64,000 nt of DNA from Nibricoccus sp. (lineage in GTDB: Bacteria; Verrucomicrobiota; Verrucomicrobiia; Opitutales; Opitutaceae): the NCBI GenBank assembly GCA_047602425.1, contig JASGHG010000001.1:4096001-4160000 (forward strand). Reading direction: 5' to 3'. The notes beneath the pieces were generated by a model, which was given only the letters and a program-made list of their open reading frames with translations, did not search any database and was not told where the DNA came from. Each line of letters starts with the position of its first letter. Position 1 is the stretch's first letter. The position numbers and the translations under genes are program-made. Below are positions 62,122 through 64,000 of the stretch, piece after piece.

Positions 62122-62703
62122 ATGGCGCGCATGTCGGTCAGGCAAATGTGGGCGGCGAAAATTGCGGGGAAACTCGCGTCACCTGTGTCGCCAGATACTG
62201 GATACACGTTGAACCGGCCCGCGTTTGCAGGGCAGGTGTTGGGTATCGATCCGAGTTTGCGCGGTACCGGACTCGCATTGATCGAATTTGCCGCGGGCCG
62301 GCAGCCGGTTTTGTTGCGTTGCAAAACGGTGAACGTGCAGGCGAAGCATCCGATGCCCTTTGCGCTGGCGGAAATTCACCGGGCGGTGACGGCATTTCTG
62401 GCCGATTTCGACGTGCGGCATGTTGCGCTCGAACAGACGATTTATGTGCAGAATTTTCAGACCGCGCAAATTCTGGGTGCGGCGCGGGGCGCGGCGATTG
62501 CGGCGGCGGCATTGCGGGAGAAACCTATTTTCGAATACCCGCCGTTGCGGGTGAAACAGGCGGTCGTCGGCGCGGGTCGCGCGAGCAAGGAACAAATGGC
62601 GCGCACGGTGATGGGCCTGCTCGGCCACGGACGTACTTTGGAATTCGACGAAGCGGACGCGGCGGGCGTGGCGCTGTGTCACGCCTTCACTTGGCGCGGT
62701 TGA
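62122..62703 (+). CDS. ruvC: Holliday junction resolvase
   Basis: LGIDP, ALE, LGAARG, EY.P..VKQAVVG.GRASKEQ, DEADA. Confidence 0.92.
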   Translation: MARMSVRQMWAAKIAGKLASPVSPDTGYTLNRPAFAGQVLGIDPSLRGTGLALIEFAAGRQPVLLRCKTVNVQAKHPMPFALAEIHRAVTAFLADFDVRHVALEQTIYVQNFQTAQILGAARGAAIAAAALREKPIFEYPPLRVKQAVVGAGRASKEQMARTVMGLLGHGRTLEFDEADAAGVALCHAFTWRG

Positions 62704-62795
62704 GCGGTTTTGCATGCGGGGACTGCGCGTGGCGAAAGGCAAGACCCGATCTTGCGCTGTGGCATGCCGGCTCGCAGTATTGGGTTTCCTGAGAC

Positions 62796-64000
62796 ATGAA
62801 ACTCGCCGGCGAATATTTCACGTTTCGTCCCAAGCTCCTTGAATCGCTCAAGGATTATACGAGGGAGCGGTTTATGGCCGATCTCATGGCGGGTCTCACC
62901 GTGGGCATCGTGGCGTTGTCGTTGTGTATTGGTTTGGGCATCGCCTCGGGCGTAACGCCGGTGGCCGGACTCTACACCGGCATCATCGGCGGTTTCATCG
63001 TGTCGGCCTTGGGAGGCTCGCGGGTGCAGATTGGAGGACCGGCCGGGGCATTTGTGGGCTTGGTGGCTTTGATTGGTTCGCAATACGGTCTGCAAAACCT
63101 GCTCGTCTGCACCATGCTGGCGGGCGCGATGATGTTCGCGATGGGCGCTTTTCGACTGGGCTCGCTCATTCGTTTCATTCCGCAACCGGTGACCATGGGT
63201 TTCACTTGTGGCATCGCGATCACGATCATGAGCACGGTCGTGCGGGAATTTTGTGGGCTTCAGCTGGATCACGAACCGTCGGAATTTCTGCCCAAGGTGA
63301 TTGCGCTGGTGCGGGCGGCGCCAACAACCAACTGGCACGCTTTGGTGCTGGGAATTGTATCCTTGGGTATAGTTTGGCTTTGGCCGGCGAAATACAGCCG
63401 GCGCGTGCCGGGCTCGATCGTCGCCGTCGTCCTCGGCACGGTTTTTGTATCGCTCGCCGGTTGGCCGGTAGAGACGATTGCGAGCAAGTTTGGCGGTATT
63501 CCGCGGGGGCTCCCGGGATTTACCTTTCCGGCTTTTGATTGGCGCGCGATCGACAAGTTGATCGCACCGGCCTTCACGATTGCAATGTTGGGATCCATTG
63601 AATCGTTGCTGTCGGCGGTCGTGGCGGACGGGCTGATCGATGACCGGCATGATTCCAACCAGGAACTGATAGCGCAGGGCGCTGCGAATTTTATCGTGCC
63701 GTTTTTCGGCGGCATCCCAGTGACGGGCGTCATCGCGCGCACCGCCACGAACATTCGGAATGGAGCAAATTCTCCGGTCGCGGGCATCGTGCACGCGCTT
63801 TTCTTGCTGCTGGTCCTTCTCGTTGCCGCACCGCTGGCGGCCAACGTGCCGTTGGTGACATTGTCCGCCGTGCTTATTGTAGTGGCGATCCGGATGGGCG
63901 AGTGGGACGAGTTTCGCCTGCTGTCGAGGCGGCCGAAGAGTGACGGATTGGTTTTTCTGGTGACCTTTGGCATGACTGTTTGCTTCGATCTGACGAAGGC
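62796..64000 (+). CDS. SulP/SLC26 anion transporter (3' end truncated by window edge)
   Basis: Manual translation from ATG 62796: DLMAGLTVGIVAL, GLYTGIIGGF..LGGSRVQIGGPAGAF, IESLLSA, NQELIAQG.AN, G.IART..N. Confidence 0.92.
   Translation, partial: MKLAGEYFTFRPKLLESLKDYTRERFMADLMAGLTVGIVALSLCIGLGIASGVTPVAGLYTGIIGGFIVSALGGSRVQIGGPAGAFVGLVALIGSQYGLQNLLVCTMLAGAMMFAMGAFRLGSLIRFIPQPVTMGFTCGIAITIMSTVVREFCGLQLDHEPSEFLPKVIALVRAAPTTNWHALVLGIVSLGIVWLWPAKYSRRVPGSIVAVVLGTVFVSLAGWPVETIASKFGGIPRGLPGFTFPAFDWRAIDKLIAPAFTIAMLGSIESLLSAVVADGLIDDRHDSNQELIAQGAANFIVPFFGGIPVTGVIARTATNIRNGANSPVAGIVHALFLLLVLLVAAPLAANVPLVTLSAVLIVVAIRMGEWDEFRLLSRRPKSDGLVFLVTFGMTVCFDLTK

Overview
GC-rich bacterial chromosome segment, most likely Opitutaceae (Verrucomicrobiota). 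This is inferred from gene content and style: lpxC-fabZ fusion, lpxI, APxITTQP Ig-repeat protein and a Gly-rich C-terminal sorting signal. It carries housekeeping genes (folD, rluB, fabG-acpP-fabF, dus, lpxI, leuS, DAHP synthase, mrp, tolB, sod, tadA, infA, xerD, lpxC/fabZ, lpxA, hisI, ruvC), a Wza/Wzc export module, two-component genes and plant-polysaccharide enzymes (GH28, GH51-like, GH74, GH105-GH28 fusion with an ExuT-like transporter and LacI regulator). The highlight is 33.8-36.5 kb: a small integrase-less array of integron-type gene cassettes in which one attC site is split by a 1,758-bp IS110-family element. The non-coding end of that element contains two similar stem-loops whose loop sequences match the attC target and the element's own circle junction, i.e. 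a readable candidate bridge/seek RNA programmed against attC. Joining the element's ends also creates a sigma70-like promoter. Several palindromic repeat families occur, including a REP doublet inserted in frame inside dus. No rRNA, tRNA or CRISPR array was recognised. All family assignments are from motif recognition by eye; no searches were run.
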